A stretch of DNA of 62,000 nucleotides from Mobula hypostoma (Eukaryota): contig NC_086108.1 in the NCBI RefSeq assembly GCF_963921235.1, positions 26,536,001 through 26,598,000 on the forward strand, given 5' to 3'. How positions within the stretch are numbered: the first letter of the stretch is position 1; each line of letters starts with the position of its first letter. The position numbers and the translations under genes were made by a program. Below, one piece after another: positions 24,821 to 38,190 of the stretch. The notes beneath the pieces were generated by a model, which worked only from the letters and a program-made list of their open reading frames with translations, did no database searches and was not told the origin of the DNA.

Positions 24821-25094
24821 AACACCAGAATTCCATTTTTACACAGCCTTGAAAACCCGTGGCAATTAAATAAAATTATATTTTTTAAAATTCCAGCTGC
24901 ACGGCAACAAAGGCCACGTGCATGGGAGCAGTTCAGTTACTGTGCAGCCATGCACCCATATAGTTTAGAGGGAACAGTGATCATAGCATTGCCCTTTTAC
25001 GTGTTTTTCTATCCTCTGTTGTAATTTGTACTCTGCATCTTGTTTACCATTGGGAAGCCTGTATATACTGTCCTAAGTCCTCGTTCAACGTGCA

Positions 25095-25530
25095 AAGTTC
25101 AAGATTAATTTATTATCAAAGTACATAAATGTCACCATATCCTACCCTGAAATTCATTTTTTTGCAGGCACTCACAGTAAATAGAACCAATGAAAAACTG
25201 CACACAAAGATGGACAAACAACTAATGAGGAACGGACATCAAATTGTATAAATACAAAAAAACAAAATAATAGCAATAAATTAAGTAATAAACCTTGAGA
25301 ACATGAGTTGTTGAGTCCTTGAAAAGGAGTCCCTAGATTGTGGAATCATTCAGTATTGTGGTGAGTGAAGTTACCCACTCTGGTTCAGCAGTCTAATGGT
25401 TGAGGGATAAGTTTTCCTGATCCTAGTGGTATGGGCTCCTGTACTTTCTTCCCAATGGCAGCAGTGAGAAGAGAGCATGGCCCGGATGGTGGGAGTCCTT
25501 AATGATGGATGCTGCTTTCTTACAACAAAG
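25095..25530 (-). mobile_element. Rex-Babar-type 3' fragment
   Basis: IIKD..HPGHALFSLLP and TIRLLN motifs; matching 3' UTR. Confidence 0.65.
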
Positions 25531-25640
25531 CTCTTTTTAAGAGCCTGCAAACATATTTTCATTCTTGCACTTTATTCACTCTACTGACAAGGATTTTACA
25601 TCTTCTGATCCTTTGTCAATTCTTCCTAACGATACATTTT

Positions 25641-26370
25641 ATACTTTATACTTCATACTTTATTGTCGCCAAACAATTGATACTAGAACGTATAATCATC
25701 ACAGCGATATTTGATTCCACGCTTCGTGCTCCCTGGAGTACAAATCGATAGTAAATATTAAAAATTTAAATTATAGATCACAAATAGAAAATAGAAAAGA
25801 GGCAGATCCGGATATTTGGCGGGAACAGCCCAGATCTGGGTCAGGATCCATTCAGCAGTCTTATCACAGTTGGAAAGAAGCCGTTCCTAAATCTGGCTGT
25901 ACGAGTCTTCAAGCTCCTGAGCCTTCTCCCGGAGGGAAGAGGAACGAAAAGTGTGTTGGCTGGGTGGGTCATGTCCTTGATTATCCTAGCAGCACTGCTC
26001 CGACAGCGTGCGGTGTAAAGTGAGTCCAAGGTTGGAAAATTGGTTTGTGTGATGTGCTGTGCTGTGTTCACCATCTTCAGCAGCTTCTTCCGGTCTTGGA
26101 CAGGACAACTTCCATACCAGGTTGTGATGCACCCTAGAAGAATGCTTTCTACGGTGCATCTATAAAAATTAGTGAGGGTTTTAGGCGACAGGCCAAATTT
26201 CTTCAGCTTTCTCAGGAAATAAAAGCGCTGGTGGGCCTTCTTGGCAGTGGACTCTGCTTGGTTGGACCAAGTCAGGTCATTTGTGATATTAACCCCGAGG
26301 AACTTAAAGCTTTTGACCTGTTCCACTTGCGCACCACCGATATAAATTGGGTCGTGCGGTCCGCTACTCC
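25641..26370 (-). mobile_element. Young 5'-truncated Rex-Babar LINE
   Basis: Open 161-aa RT C-terminus (FKFLGVNITNDLTWS...YRCTVESIL), (aagtat)n tail and 8-bp TSD tacatttt (25633-25640, 26371-26378). Confidence 0.88.
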
Positions 26371-26559
26371 TACATTTTCATTTTTTAACAACAGAGCCAC
26401 CCCATGCCCTTCTGCCCAGAAGTCTGACATATCAATACAATGTGTGTTCTTGGATGTTTTGGTCACAGTTGCGATCTACATTCAACCACCACCCTCTGGT
26501 GCCCACAATATCATACCAGCCAATTTTTTGCAGGGTATAAACTCATCTACTTTACTTCA

Positions 26560-29414
26560 CATATTGTGTGCCTTGCAGCCATGTAGACTAAATGTGTGCT
26601 ATGCACGACAGGTTTGTCATCAAGGAATGCTGTGAAATGGCAACCCTCTGAAAGAAAACGAAAATGGTGGCCAGCTGGATAGAGACTCAGAAGCTTACGG
26701 TCAAATATGTTGTGCTTCCTTTCGGGGGGTTTGGAGCTGCCCACTGAAGAAGGCGAGTGGCTGCCACACACCTCTGACCAACTGTTCGTGCACAGCACCC
26801 ACAGCATAGTCTGAAGCATCAGTAGTAATGGTTACAGCTGCATTAGGGAGTAGGTGTGCCAAAAGGGGAGCATTGGAAAGAGTTTGTTTGACATTATCAA
26901 ATTCTCTAGTCCTGTCTGCTGACCAGTCAAGCATGTGATTAAGGGTATTGCCTTTAAGCACACTATACAGGGGAACCATGAGTTCAGCAGCTCACAGAGT
27001 GATGCAGTTATAGAAATTCACCATGCCTAATAACTCCTGTAGTTTTTTAGTAGTGTGGTGTGGTGGGAAATTGATAATAGCAGTTTCTTTTGATGGAAGA
27101 GGTTTTGCACCTTCTGCAGAGATGCGATGGCAAGAAAATCAATGCTTGACAACCCAGACTGGCATTCAGCAGGGTTAATAATCAACACTTATTGGCTTAA
27201 GCACTCAAAAAGTATGCGGAGATGAGATACGTGATTGGATTTGTATGCACTAGTAACAAGTATGTCATCCAGGTAAACAAAAAGAAATTTCAAATCTTTT
27301 AATACAATGTCCATCGGCCATTGGAAACTCTGTGCTGCATGTTTCAGCCCAAAAACAGCATGTGCAGAATCTCAAAGAGACCAAAAGTAGTTATCACAGC
27401 CATTTTGGGAATGTCCTCTGAGCACACAGGCACCTGATGGTAGCCCCTAACTAGATCAACTTTGGAAAAAAATAACTTTCTGGCTAAACGTGGTGAAAAG
27501 TCCTGGATGTGTGAGACTGGGTTATGATCAGGAGTGGTGGCCTTGTTAAAGCATCAGTAATTGCCACTAATGGATTTAGGGACCACATGGAGGGATGAAG
27601 CCCAGGGGCTGTTCGACTAGTGTACAATGCCGAGTCTTTCATGTTGGCAAACTTAGCTTTTGCAATTGCCAGCCTATGCATCCGGGTATGGACTGCTGGG
27701 CCAATTCTAGGAATGTGGTGCTCAACACCATGTTTTGTGACTGTGGTGGAGAACGTGAGCTCGGTGAGGTTTGGGAATTCACCCAGCAGCTGAGTAACTC
27801 CCATGCGGTGGTGCACGCACTTGACAGAGTCAATGTGGGGAACTTACTGGGGGAGCAGGGTAACAACCGAAAGTCTTGACATCCACAAGCAATTTTTAAG
27901 ATTGAGCACACAAGAAATCTACACCAATCAGAGGTCTAGCCACTTGAGCTGGGGCGAAGTCCCATGTGTAACACGGCTGACTGAAGCAGAGTGCCAATCC
28001 TTGTGTCCCGTAAGTCTGGATCCTGCTGCCATTGGCAGCCTCTAGTGAGGTTTCATCACTCCTTGCCTTCTCGTCAATTGGGGATGCTGGCATCACACTT
28101 GAGTACCTGTGTTGCACAGGAAACATCGCCCTGAAAAGGTGTCCGTATTGAGTAGTAGACAACTCTGGCAGCTGGAACCCATGGCGTTCTCAGACCTCCA
28201 ATGTCCCAAAGCACTGGCACTGTCAAAGCTGCAAAGGGGTCAGCACATCCTAGTCTTCGTAGCAAAGTGAGAGAGCTAAAAGCCTGGCGTCATCTGTTTC
28301 GCAGCTGCAAGCATCTGTAAGTTGGAGTCGAGAAAGTAGGAATGATGAACCACTGCCTTGCACAGCATAAACTGTCAGCAACTTTAGCAAGCTCCCTTCA
28401 TGTGTGCACTAGCGAGGGCTATACGAACTTGATCAGGCATGAAGAGTTCTTTAAAAATAAAACAAGGGTGGTGATTTCCCATTTGCTCTGATGGCTTACC
28501 ATCACTGAGTCTGGGCAAGGAGAGCAACTGATTGGCGTGCTCAGACTCTGATAGTCCTTAAGTCTGTGAAAGGTGAGTTTTCACAATTGGTGTTTATCAC
28601 GTTAACGCGGGTGCTCTGGTAGACACACCACACTCACAGTTATGGAGTTGCTGAGCAGCGTTACTACATAGAAATATTTAGTGTTGCCGGCAGAGATTTC
28701 TCACAGTGTGAAGTGGTTTTTGGCTTGAACAAACAAAGCAACAGCGTTTTGGTCCCAAAACTCTGACAGTTTCAAAACAATTGCACTGGCTATCATGTTC
28801 AATAACTCGGGAATTGTCCTAGAGCATTGACATCACCAGTGTCGGTTTTCATAAATAAAAGTGCAGAGGTGTTTTATGTTTAAGAAAAAATGGTAGTGGG
28901 CTGGCTGGTGGTGCAATGATATCAGCGCTGGACTCTGGAATGGAGGTTCCTGGGTTCGAACCCAGTTGGGTCCACTCCTGAGTACGCTTTCCATCAGTGC
29001 CAGGTTGAGTGTCGAGATCACAACTTGATCTCGTAAAATAAAAGGGAAAAATACTGCGAAATGTCTGTGTGAGGAGTGGTGCTCCACACAGTCTCTCTCT
29101 CTCTTGCTCTATGCCTTGTAAAGGCATGAAAAAAGACATAGTCCCGCCAACATCGCACACGCATGCACGCACACGCCAAAAAAAAAGAAAAAATGGTAGC
29201 AACTCACTTATTGAAAACCAGAAAATGAACACAAAAGTTGTTTTCGTAATTACCTCACCATGTCAGACCAGCCTGTTAGAGTGAACCCCAACCCAATGTT
29301 GGTGGATGGGAATTCTGTACTTTCCACTAATTACATTGCCCTACACCCTTCCCTCTGAACCACAGAGTCAGGCTCGGTGCAGAGCCTTGACCACTGTGTC
29401 TGTCCTCTGCTACA
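26560..29414 (-). mobile_element. Decayed Gypsy LTR retrotransposon (5' LTR, gag, PR, RT, RNase H; 3' truncated)
   Basis: gag KLSEFWDQN...TKYFYVV (~28650-28796), AANGSRIQTYG (PR), VYLDDI (~27262-27279) and TTDASDYAVGAV...WQPLAFFS (RNase H). PBS tggtga at ~28833-28838; putative LTR 28840-29414. Confidence 0.85.
28897..29184 (+). mobile_element. tRNA-derived SINE with poly(A) tail inserted in the Gypsy LTR
   Basis: A box tggtgcaatg, B box gggttcgaaccc, A tail and 15-bp TSD aagaaaaaatggtag (28882-28896, 29185-29199). Confidence 0.88.
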
Positions 29415-29887
29415 TCATCCCCTCAACAGTATCTTAAGCGGTCGGTAACATTGGCATTGTTTCTCTATATCAGTCACATTGGTGTCACCGGGATTACTTT
29501 GTTTCATTGTTATTATTGGCAACATGATGGTCTGAGCTTCCTTGTGTTATTTCTGTGAACGTAAAATACCATTGGTGAAGTTTATTCCTCTCAATTGCAC
29601 TGTAATGTATGTTATTCCCTTTAACTGTTTCTAGTGATTACACTGCATTTGGCGTATTTTCCATTCAATGCTTTTGTAATTACTGCAGGCAAGTGCAGTT
29701 ACTACAGTTAGGTGGGGTAATTGGCAGAGATTCAGTAGACTCTCAGGCCTTTTTCTATTCTGTACCTAGCTATGATTCTATTACTTCAATTACTAACTCT
29801 GTGTCATTGGGTTTTATGGTACTATTCCTTTTTCTCTCTGCAATTGTGGAGCTTCCTACTGTTATTCCAGACAATGTCACTGTCAAA

Positions 29888-30145
29888 TACTAGAGGGCAT
29901 AGCTTCAAGATCAGAGGATGAAAGTTTAAAGATTTATGAGGCCTGTAATTGCTGCCAGGGGAAGCGTTAGAAACAGATGCAAGAACAATGTTTAAGAGGC
30001 AGTTACATCAGCACATGAACAGGCAGGGAATGGAGGAACATCAACTATGTACAGATAGATAGATTTAGGAAGAGTGACATCAGAGTTAGTGCAGATATCA
30101 TGAAATAAAAGGCCCGTTCCTGTGCTGTACTGGTCTCTGTTCTGC
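29888..30145 (+). mobile_element. CR1 3' fragment
   Basis: TRGHSFK motif then the ggcccgttcctgtgctgtac tail. Confidence 0.7.
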
Positions 30146-30267
30146 ATGGTTGTCTTCCCTTTTGTTATTTATGACTGATGGAGACTTCTGACGGTGTTTG
30201 TGCGGAGATTTGTTAAATTGTTTCCATTATTTGATCTGTGATTAATGGGGATTATCTGCATGATTTC

Positions 30268-32380
30268 ATAGAACATAAAACATAGACCAAATACAGCACA
30301 AGGAACAGGCCCTTCAGCCCACAGTGTTGTATCAAACCAATTAAAGTAGTAATCAAACAACCAACTAACTAATCTTTACTGCCTACATCAATGTCTATAT
30401 GTTTCCATTTCCTTCACATTCATGTGTCTGTCTAAACATCTCTTAAAAGTCTCAGTGTTATTGCCTCTATCACTACCCCAGGCACCCGCCACTCTGCGTA
30501 AAAAACTTGCTCCTCACATCTCGTTTGAAAGTACACTTTCTCACCTTAGGTGCATGTCCTCTGGTATTAGACATTTCAGTCCTGGGAAAAAGATACTGCC
30601 TGTCTTCTTTATCTATGCCTCTCATAATCTGATGAACTTCCATCAGGATTCCCCTCAGCCTCTGCCACCCAAGAGAATACAGCGCAAGTTTGTCCAACCT
30701 CTCATTATGGAACATGCCCTGTAATCCAGAGAGCATGCTGGTAAACCTCTTCTGCACTCTCTCCAAAGCCTCAGCATCCATCCTATAATGGGATGACCAG
30801 AACTGTATGCAATACTCCAGAAGTTCCTACTGAAGGGTCTGAAACGTTGACTGTACTTCTTTTCCATGGATGCTGCCTGGCCTTCCAAGTTCCTCAAACA
30901 TTTTGTGTGTGTTGCAATACTCCAGATGTACCCTAACTAGAGTTTTATAAAGCTGCAACATAACTTCCTGACTTTTGATCGCAATGCCTTGACTAATAAA
31001 GGCCTCTTAACCACCCTATCAACCTGTGTAGTCACTTTCAGCAATCTATGAAACCTGGACCCCAAGATCCCTTTGCTCATCACCAATGAAAAGGGATTTC
31101 CCCTGAACAGTGTACTGTATCTTTACATTTGACCTACCAAAGTGCAACCCTTCACACTTGGCCAGGTTAAACCCCATCTGCTATTTCTCCTCCCATATCT
31201 GCAACTGATCTATATCCTGTTGTATTCTTTGCCAGTCTTCTCCACCATTTCCAACATCACCAATCTTCATATTATCTGCAAACTTACTAACCCACTCATC
31301 TATATTTTTATCCAAGTCATTTATATACATCATAAACAGCAGAGGTCCCATCATAAATCCCTGTCAAACACCACCAATCACAGACCTCCTGCTAGAGTAA
31401 GTCCCTTCAGTCATTACCCTCTGCCTTCAATGCGCAAGCCAGTTCCGAATCCATACGGCCAATTTACCATGGATCCCATGCATCTTAATCTTTTGGATGA
31501 GCCTCCCATGATGGACCTCGTCAAACACCTTACTAAAATCCATGTAGACAACATCCACAGCTCTACCTTCATCAGTCATACTTGTTAACTTGTCAAAAAA
31601 ACTCAAATCAAGATAGTAAGATATGACTTCCCTTCACCATGCTGGCTCTCCCAAATTAGGCTTTGGTTTCCCAAATGCTCATAAATCCTATCCCAGAGAA
31701 TTCTTTCCAATATCTTCCCTACCACTGACGTGAGACTCACCAGTCTATGTTTTCCAGGATTATCTCTGTTTCTCTTCTTGAATAATGGAACAGCATTAGC
31801 TACTTGCTAGTGCTCCAGGGCATCCCCTGTGGCTACAGAGAGAGAGAGGACTTGAAGATATTGCTCAAGGCCTCTGCAATCTCTTCTCTCAAAAGATGTT
31901 GGGATGCTCTAGCATGTCCATATGCTCAGTACCGATTCCCTTATTCTCTAGTCCTTCTCCTTGATAAATACTGATGTAAAGTACCCATTAATAACCTCAC
32001 CCACATCACTTGCATTCAAGCAAGTGTTCCCCTCCTCTGCCCCTTTATCCTTGAGTGGTCCTACCCTCTCCCAAGTTATCCTCCTGCTCTTGATATACTG
32101 TATGTATAGAATGTCTTCCGATTCTCTTTAATCCTACCTGTCAAGGACTTTTCATGGCTTCTCCTGGCTTTCCTAATTCCCTTCTTGAGTTCTTTTCTGG
32201 CTTCTTTATAATCCCCTAGGGCTCTGTTTGATTCTAGTTTCCTAAGGTTTGCATAATGTTCTTTTTTTTCTTTTTGACTAAATTCAGCACCTCTTTCAAC
32301 ATCCATGTCTCGCTAACCTTGCCATCGTTGATCTTCCTTCTTACCAGAACATACCTGTCCTGTATCCTGTGCAATTGGTC
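30268..32380 (-). mobile_element. Decayed CR1 ORF2 (RT) with 3' tail
   Basis: ALERVQKRFT, DVVYMDFSK and KFADN motifs; (catagaa)n tail. Confidence 0.85.
30822..30912 (+). mobile_element. 91-bp Penelope-derived mini-element with a decayed hammerhead motif
   Basis: 14-bp TSD tgcaatactccaga (30808-30821, 30913-30926) inside a CR1 copy. Confidence 0.75.
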
Positions 32381-32954
32381 TTATTCAATCACATCACTGT
32401 GATTGATGGTCTCCTGCTGTATTTTCAGAAAGTTAAGAAGCCACAATGACTTCTTCAATTTCCTTGCATAGCTCATGACAGTGTTGCTGTTACTGATGGT
32501 GGTTTCTGCAATACTGCTGACAATGTCACTGCAATTGGATGGGTTTTCTTGTTTTTTCAGAGGAGACACTGTAATTGGCCAAGTCTCTTTTTACAACTAA
32601 TATTCAGGTCACTGTTCTTTGAGAATTTTATTTCTACCTTTCATATCATAGGAAATTGAAATGTTTGTGTTGCCATGAAATATTTCTATGATTGTTGTTT
32701 GTGGAGATCCTGTGGACTAAAGTGTTAATGTAACTGGTACAGTTTCTTTTTATGTGCTCCATCACTCTTGCTGGGATTGGTGAAGTTTTCTTCTTCCTGT
32801 CAGTTTCACTGTAAGTTGTGCAGTTTCTTAGAATATTTCTATTGTAGGAATATGATTGCAGAGCCCAACAGTCTCATGTGACTGATGGAGTTTATTGTAT
32901 CATACCTATAATATCACTGTGATTGATGGTCAGCTGATGTATTTTCACATCATA

Positions 32955-33905
32955 TGTCAATGATGGATGATGGAATTGATGGCTTTGTGGGAAAGTTTGC
33001 AGATGATACAAAAATAGGCGAAGGGACAGGTGGTATCGTGGAAGCAGAGAGTCTGCAGAAGGACATAGATTAGGAGAATGAACAAAGAAGTGGCAGATGG
33101 AATATACTGTAAGGAAGTGTATGGTCATGCACTTCAGTAAAGGAATAAAGGAATAAAACCTCCATATTTTCTAAACAGGGAGAAAATTCAGAAATTAGAG
33201 GTGCATAAGGATTTGGGAGTCCTTGTGTAGGGTTCCCTAAAAGTTAACTTGCAGGATGAGTCAGTGCAAATGCAATGTTTGCATTCATTTTGAGAAGACT
33301 AGAATATAAAAGCAAGGATCTAACGCTGAGGCTTTATAAGACAGTGGTTAGACCACACTTGGAGTATTGTGAAAAATTTTGGGGTCCTTATCTAAGAAAG
33401 GATGTGCTGGCATTGGAAAGGGTCCAGAAGTTGCCCACGAGAATGTTCCTGGGAATGAAAGAGTTCATATATGAGCAGAGTTTGATGGCTCTGGGCCTGT
33501 ATCACTGGAGATTAAAACAATGTGGGGGAATCTCATTGAAAGCTGTTGCATATTGGAAGACCTAGTTAGAGTGGATGTGGAGAGGACTTTTCCTATCGTG
33601 AGAGAATCCAGGACCAGAGAGCACAGCCTCAGAATATAAAGGTGTCTGTTTAGAACAGAGATGGAGAAGAATTTACTTAGCCAGAGGTTGGAATTTATGG
33701 CCACAGATTGTTGTGGAGGCCAAATCATTGCATATATTTAAAGCAGAGGTTGATAATTGATTAGAAATTGTGTCAAAGGTTACAGGGAGAAGGCAGGAGA
33801 ATGGGGTTGAGAGGGATAATAAATCAGCCATGATTGAATGGTAGAGCAAACTGGATGGGCTGAATGGCTTAATTCCACTTGTATGTGCTGTGGTATTATA
33901 GTCTT
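32955..33905 (+). mobile_element. CR1 RT C-terminal fragment with 3' UTR
   Basis: KFADDTK and LYKTVVRPHLEYC motifs. Confidence 0.85.
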
Positions 33906-35450
33906 AAGGTATTATTCCTAATGATGATACTGTGATTTTGTTTGTTCACTGTATACCGACATATACTGAAACAAGCATCAAGATCATCAAATCAGTTAAA
34001 GACTCACTTTGTCTTCCAGCAGAGTGAGCTGTCCATAAGGGAATTTTGCCAACTGGCACATTCCTGACTGCAGGAGTACATGCCAAGCAATGCACAGAAG
34101 CTTGCTGCAGCCAACACAAAGACCATGCCTTCTGAGGTCCTTCTGCCACCAGATGTTGAGTAGTTAAGCTCTGTGTCAAAGCCTTTCAAATACGTGTGTT
34201 TGTACTCTCCCAGGAGACTATATGAATGGCAATGGTGCTCCTTATGCACAATGTGCTATCACTATAAATGTATGGAAATGATACATGATGAATGTATGGT
34301 ACAAAAACACTATGAATTTTAATAAAACCACACACTACTCTTTTGTATTTCTTATATAATAATTTTAATGAATAAAGTTTACTTTTAAAAATAAGCTTGC
34401 TTTTGGTACCTGTTTTGATCAATTGGCATCACTGTGGGGAAACTCAATTGTCTTATTCCTTTCTTGTGATTTGGAATTTTTTTTTGTATTATTCCTACTA
34501 CTTCTATTGATTTAATCTACAGTATCTCTATGTCCTTATGCTGCTTGGGAGAGTAACTTTGGTTGGTGAGGCTCCCTTCTGTACTCATGTCAATGGCACA
34601 GTGCGTGATGCATTTTCCTTATTCCTATTAATGTCCCCATGATTGGTGGAGTTTCTCTAGTGTTCCTGTAAGTGAACCTTGCATTATTCTGTGCAGTGCC
34701 ATTGAACGTAGTGGAGTATGTGGGTCGTTTTGATAGGTGGATTTTCCTTCTATGATTGTAACTTTGATTGGCTGGCGTTATTTCAATCAATGCTAATCTG
34801 AATGGTGGACTTTCCTACATCATTTCTAACAAAAGTGCTTTTTTTTGTTTCATTTTTAATTTTATTCCAAATCGGAATGATCTTGATTGCTGAAATTCTC
34901 ATTCCCATCAAAGTCACTGTGATTGTGGATGTATCATTCCCAATCATGGCTCTATACTTGCCATAGATTCTTTGACTGCAATGCTGATTGGTGGAGTTAA
35001 CTTGCACAAATTCTATTTGTATTTAGCCCTCTTGTTATTCTAATCTCTATCAGTATGAAATAAGGAGCTTCCTTCTACTGCCTCTCTGAGTTCTGCTGTG
35101 ATTGGTCCTATTTCCTTCTACTATTCCTTATCATGGCACTATGATTGATAGAATTTTCTGATAATTCTTCAAATCAGTGGTGGAATCACAGACAATTTTA
35201 AACACAGAAAAGGTTATTAGGTTGGTGTCAGTGCCATCCTTATCCCACCTTACACCAGTACACCACTAACTCTTACAGGCAGATCCTACCTCTTGAAGAA
35301 TATATCCAAGTAAAGTGATGAAGGTGATGATCTGTTGTCCTTGCTGGGAGTGAGCTTCACATTCTTCCAGTTTCAGGATGAAGGAACCTTTTCGTCATCT
35401 CCATATTATCCTAAATAAATTCTTCCTATTTACTTTAACTGGAGGAGGGG

Positions 35451-35670
35451 AACATTGACTCAGACCATGAGAGGCCTGCGTCGGGCATCTTCATGCCTTA
35501 CAAGGCGCAGATTGGAAGTCTGTGTGGGGCGCCACTCCTCGCACAGACACTAGGGCAATGTGTGGTTAAGTGCCTTGCTCAAGGACACAAACACGCTGCC
35601 ACAGCTGAGGCTCGAACTAGCAACCTTCAGATCACTAGACAAATGCCTTAACCACTTGGCCACATGCCCA
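35451..35670 (-). mobile_element. tRNA-derived SINE with a CORE-like motif
   Basis: A box tggccaagtgg, B box agttcgagcc, gtgtccttgagcaaggcacttaacc. Confidence 0.8.
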
Positions 35671-36607
35671 GCTTTATCTGAGCCCCTTATAATTTTATAT
35701 GACACAATCAAGCTTCACCTTTGCATCCTCTGTTGCAAAGGAAACAACCTTAAATTGTCAATTTTCTAGTCCTGGCCACGTCCTTGCAAATCTCCACTGA
35801 ACCCTCTCCAGTGCAAGTATAAATTTCCTGTACAGTAGTCACCAGAACATGATGTTATCTTCAAACTGTGGCCCAAGAATTGTTGTATAGAATTCCATGT
35901 AGCACCCATCCTACCACTCTGGTATTCATAATATATTGTTTATATTTATATTATGCTACCTTGATATCAAGAGCAGCTAATTCCACCGCAGCTCTGGAAT
36001 CCACCTCTTTGCTCTATGTTTGGACCAAGGCTAGCTGGATCTGTTGCCATGACAACATACAAGTTAGGTATCTGTTAGCAGATTGTTACTGAATAAATGC
36101 CAACTGAGAGCACCTTTGGTGATACCTTGCATCTCACACTGCTGATCGATAATTGTAGATTGACTGGATAGTAGCTGCTCTGACTGGACTTAATTCTGAA
36201 ATTTGGGAATAGGTTGCGTTGAGGTAATTTTCCACATTTATTCAAGATGCTACAGGATCTCCAAAGGACAGGCAACATCTGTGAAGGAAAACTCAGTCAG
36301 TATTTCAGACTTCGTCAGTCCAGATGATTATCCATTTGCCCCTGTTGATGCTGTCTAACCCGCTGAGTTCCTCCAGCATCATGTGTGTTTTTCCAAATTC
36401 CAGCATCACTTGTGTCTCCATTTTTCAACAATGTTAGGTAAATTCAGGCTGGTAACTGCACTAGGGAGTTGCTTAGATGTGACCAGTTCTGGAGAGCAAG
36501 TTTTCAGTCCTACAGCCAGGAAGTTGTTTGGACCCTAAAACATGCCTGTATCCAGTGCTATCAGTTACTTCTTGATGTCCATGAGGAATGAATTGAATTG
36601 GCTGTAA

Positions 36608-36915
36608 TTTATTTATTTATATACAGTATGTATTTATTGAGATACAGCGTGGAATAGACATTTCCAGCCCTTCGAGCCACAGTGCCCAGCAATCCTCCAA
36701 TTTAATCCTAGCCTAAACATGGGGCAATTTATAATGACCAATTAACCTATCATCCAGCACACCTTTAGACTGTGGAAGGAAACTGGAGCACCCAGAGGAG
36801 ATCCACTTGGTCACAGCAAGGATGTACAAACTCCTTACAGGCAGTGCCTGGAAATGAACCTGGGCCACTGGCACCGTAAAGCATTGTGCTAACCACTGTG
36901 CTACCGTGCCACCCT
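36608..36915 (-). mobile_element. HE1-like V-SINE
   Basis: gggtggcacggtagcacagtggttagc head, V-domain motif and tail as in 9258-9530. Confidence 0.82.
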
Positions 36916-37139
36916 GTAAGGTCAGGTTTGTGGTGATGGAGATCTCAGAAGGATAGTATGAGATCATCATTCACCACATCGAGCTGAATGAGGTCGCTGA
37001 TGCTTCGTCTTTGTCTTCAGTGTTCATATTCTTGCCCTGACCTCATTGAGAGTGAGGATGCTCTTCTAGCCTCTTCCTGCTAATTGTTCAGTTGTCTGTT
37101 TCCACCGTTAGCTGAGGAAGGTTTGCAGAACCTTGATCT

Positions 37140-38190
37140 AATCCAACCAACACACACAAAATGCTGGAGGAACTCTGCAGGCCAGGCAGCACCTATGGAA
37201 AAGAGTAAACAGTTGATATTTCAGGCCAAGACCTTTCAGCAGGACTGGAGAAATAAGATATGAAATCAGAGTAAGAAGGTGGGGGAAGGGGAGGAAGGAA
37301 TACAAGGTAGTATGTGATAGGTGAAACCAGAAGATAGGGAGGGGTGAAGTAAAGAGTTGAGAAGTTGAGTAGTGAAAGAGATAAAAGGTTAGAGAAGGGG
37401 GAACTTGATAGGAGAGGACAGAAGGCCATGGAAGAAAGGGAAGGGGCAGGAGTACCAGAGGGAGGTGATGAGTAGGTGAGGAGGTAAGGTGAGAGAGGGA
37501 AATGGGAATGGGGAAGGAGAAGGAGGGGGGCATTATCAGAAGGTCAAGAATTCAATGTTCATGTCATCAGGTTGGAGCTACCCAGATGGAATATAAGGTG
37601 TTGCTCCTCCAAACTGAGTGTGGCTTCATTGCAGCAGTAGAGGAGGCCATGGACTGACATATCAGAATGGGAATGGGAAGTAGGAATGAAATGGGTGGCC
37701 ACTGGGAGATCCCACTTTTACTGGATGAAGCGTAGGTGCTTGGTGAAGCAGTCTCCCGATCTACGTCAGGTCTCACTGATATACAAGAGGCCATACTGGG
37801 AGCAGCAGATGCAGTAGATGACCCCAACAGACTCGCAGATGAAGAGTTGCCTCATGTGGAAGGACTGTATCATACTGAGGGAGGAGGTGTACGGGCAGGT
37901 GTAGCACTTGTTCCACTTGCAAGGGCCTCCTTTATCCCTTTCACCAATCGACTTTCCAGCTTATTACATTACCACCTCCCCCCTCCCAGTTTCACCAATC
38001 AACTACTAACTTGTATTTTTTCCTCCTGCTCCTCACCTTCTTACTCTGATTTCTCATTTTTTTTTCCAGTTCTGATGAAGGGTTCAGCCTAAAACATTGA
38101 CTGTTTGCTCGTTTCCTCAGATGCTGCCTGGCCTGCATAGCTCCTCCAGCAATTTGTGTATGTTGCTTGAAAATCTACAGATTTTCTCTT
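37140..38190 (-). mobile_element. Penelope-like element (GIY-YIG remnant) with an inverted terminal-region copy
   Basis: 37530-37925 is the reverse complement of the 59780-60180 GIY-YIG region. 37925-38190 is a + strand copy of the terminal region found at 37140-37400. Confidence 0.8.

Noticed and set aside
28897..28980. tRNA gene
   Set aside because: The A/B boxes belong to a SINE head followed by a body, A tail and TSD; no convincing cloverleaf.
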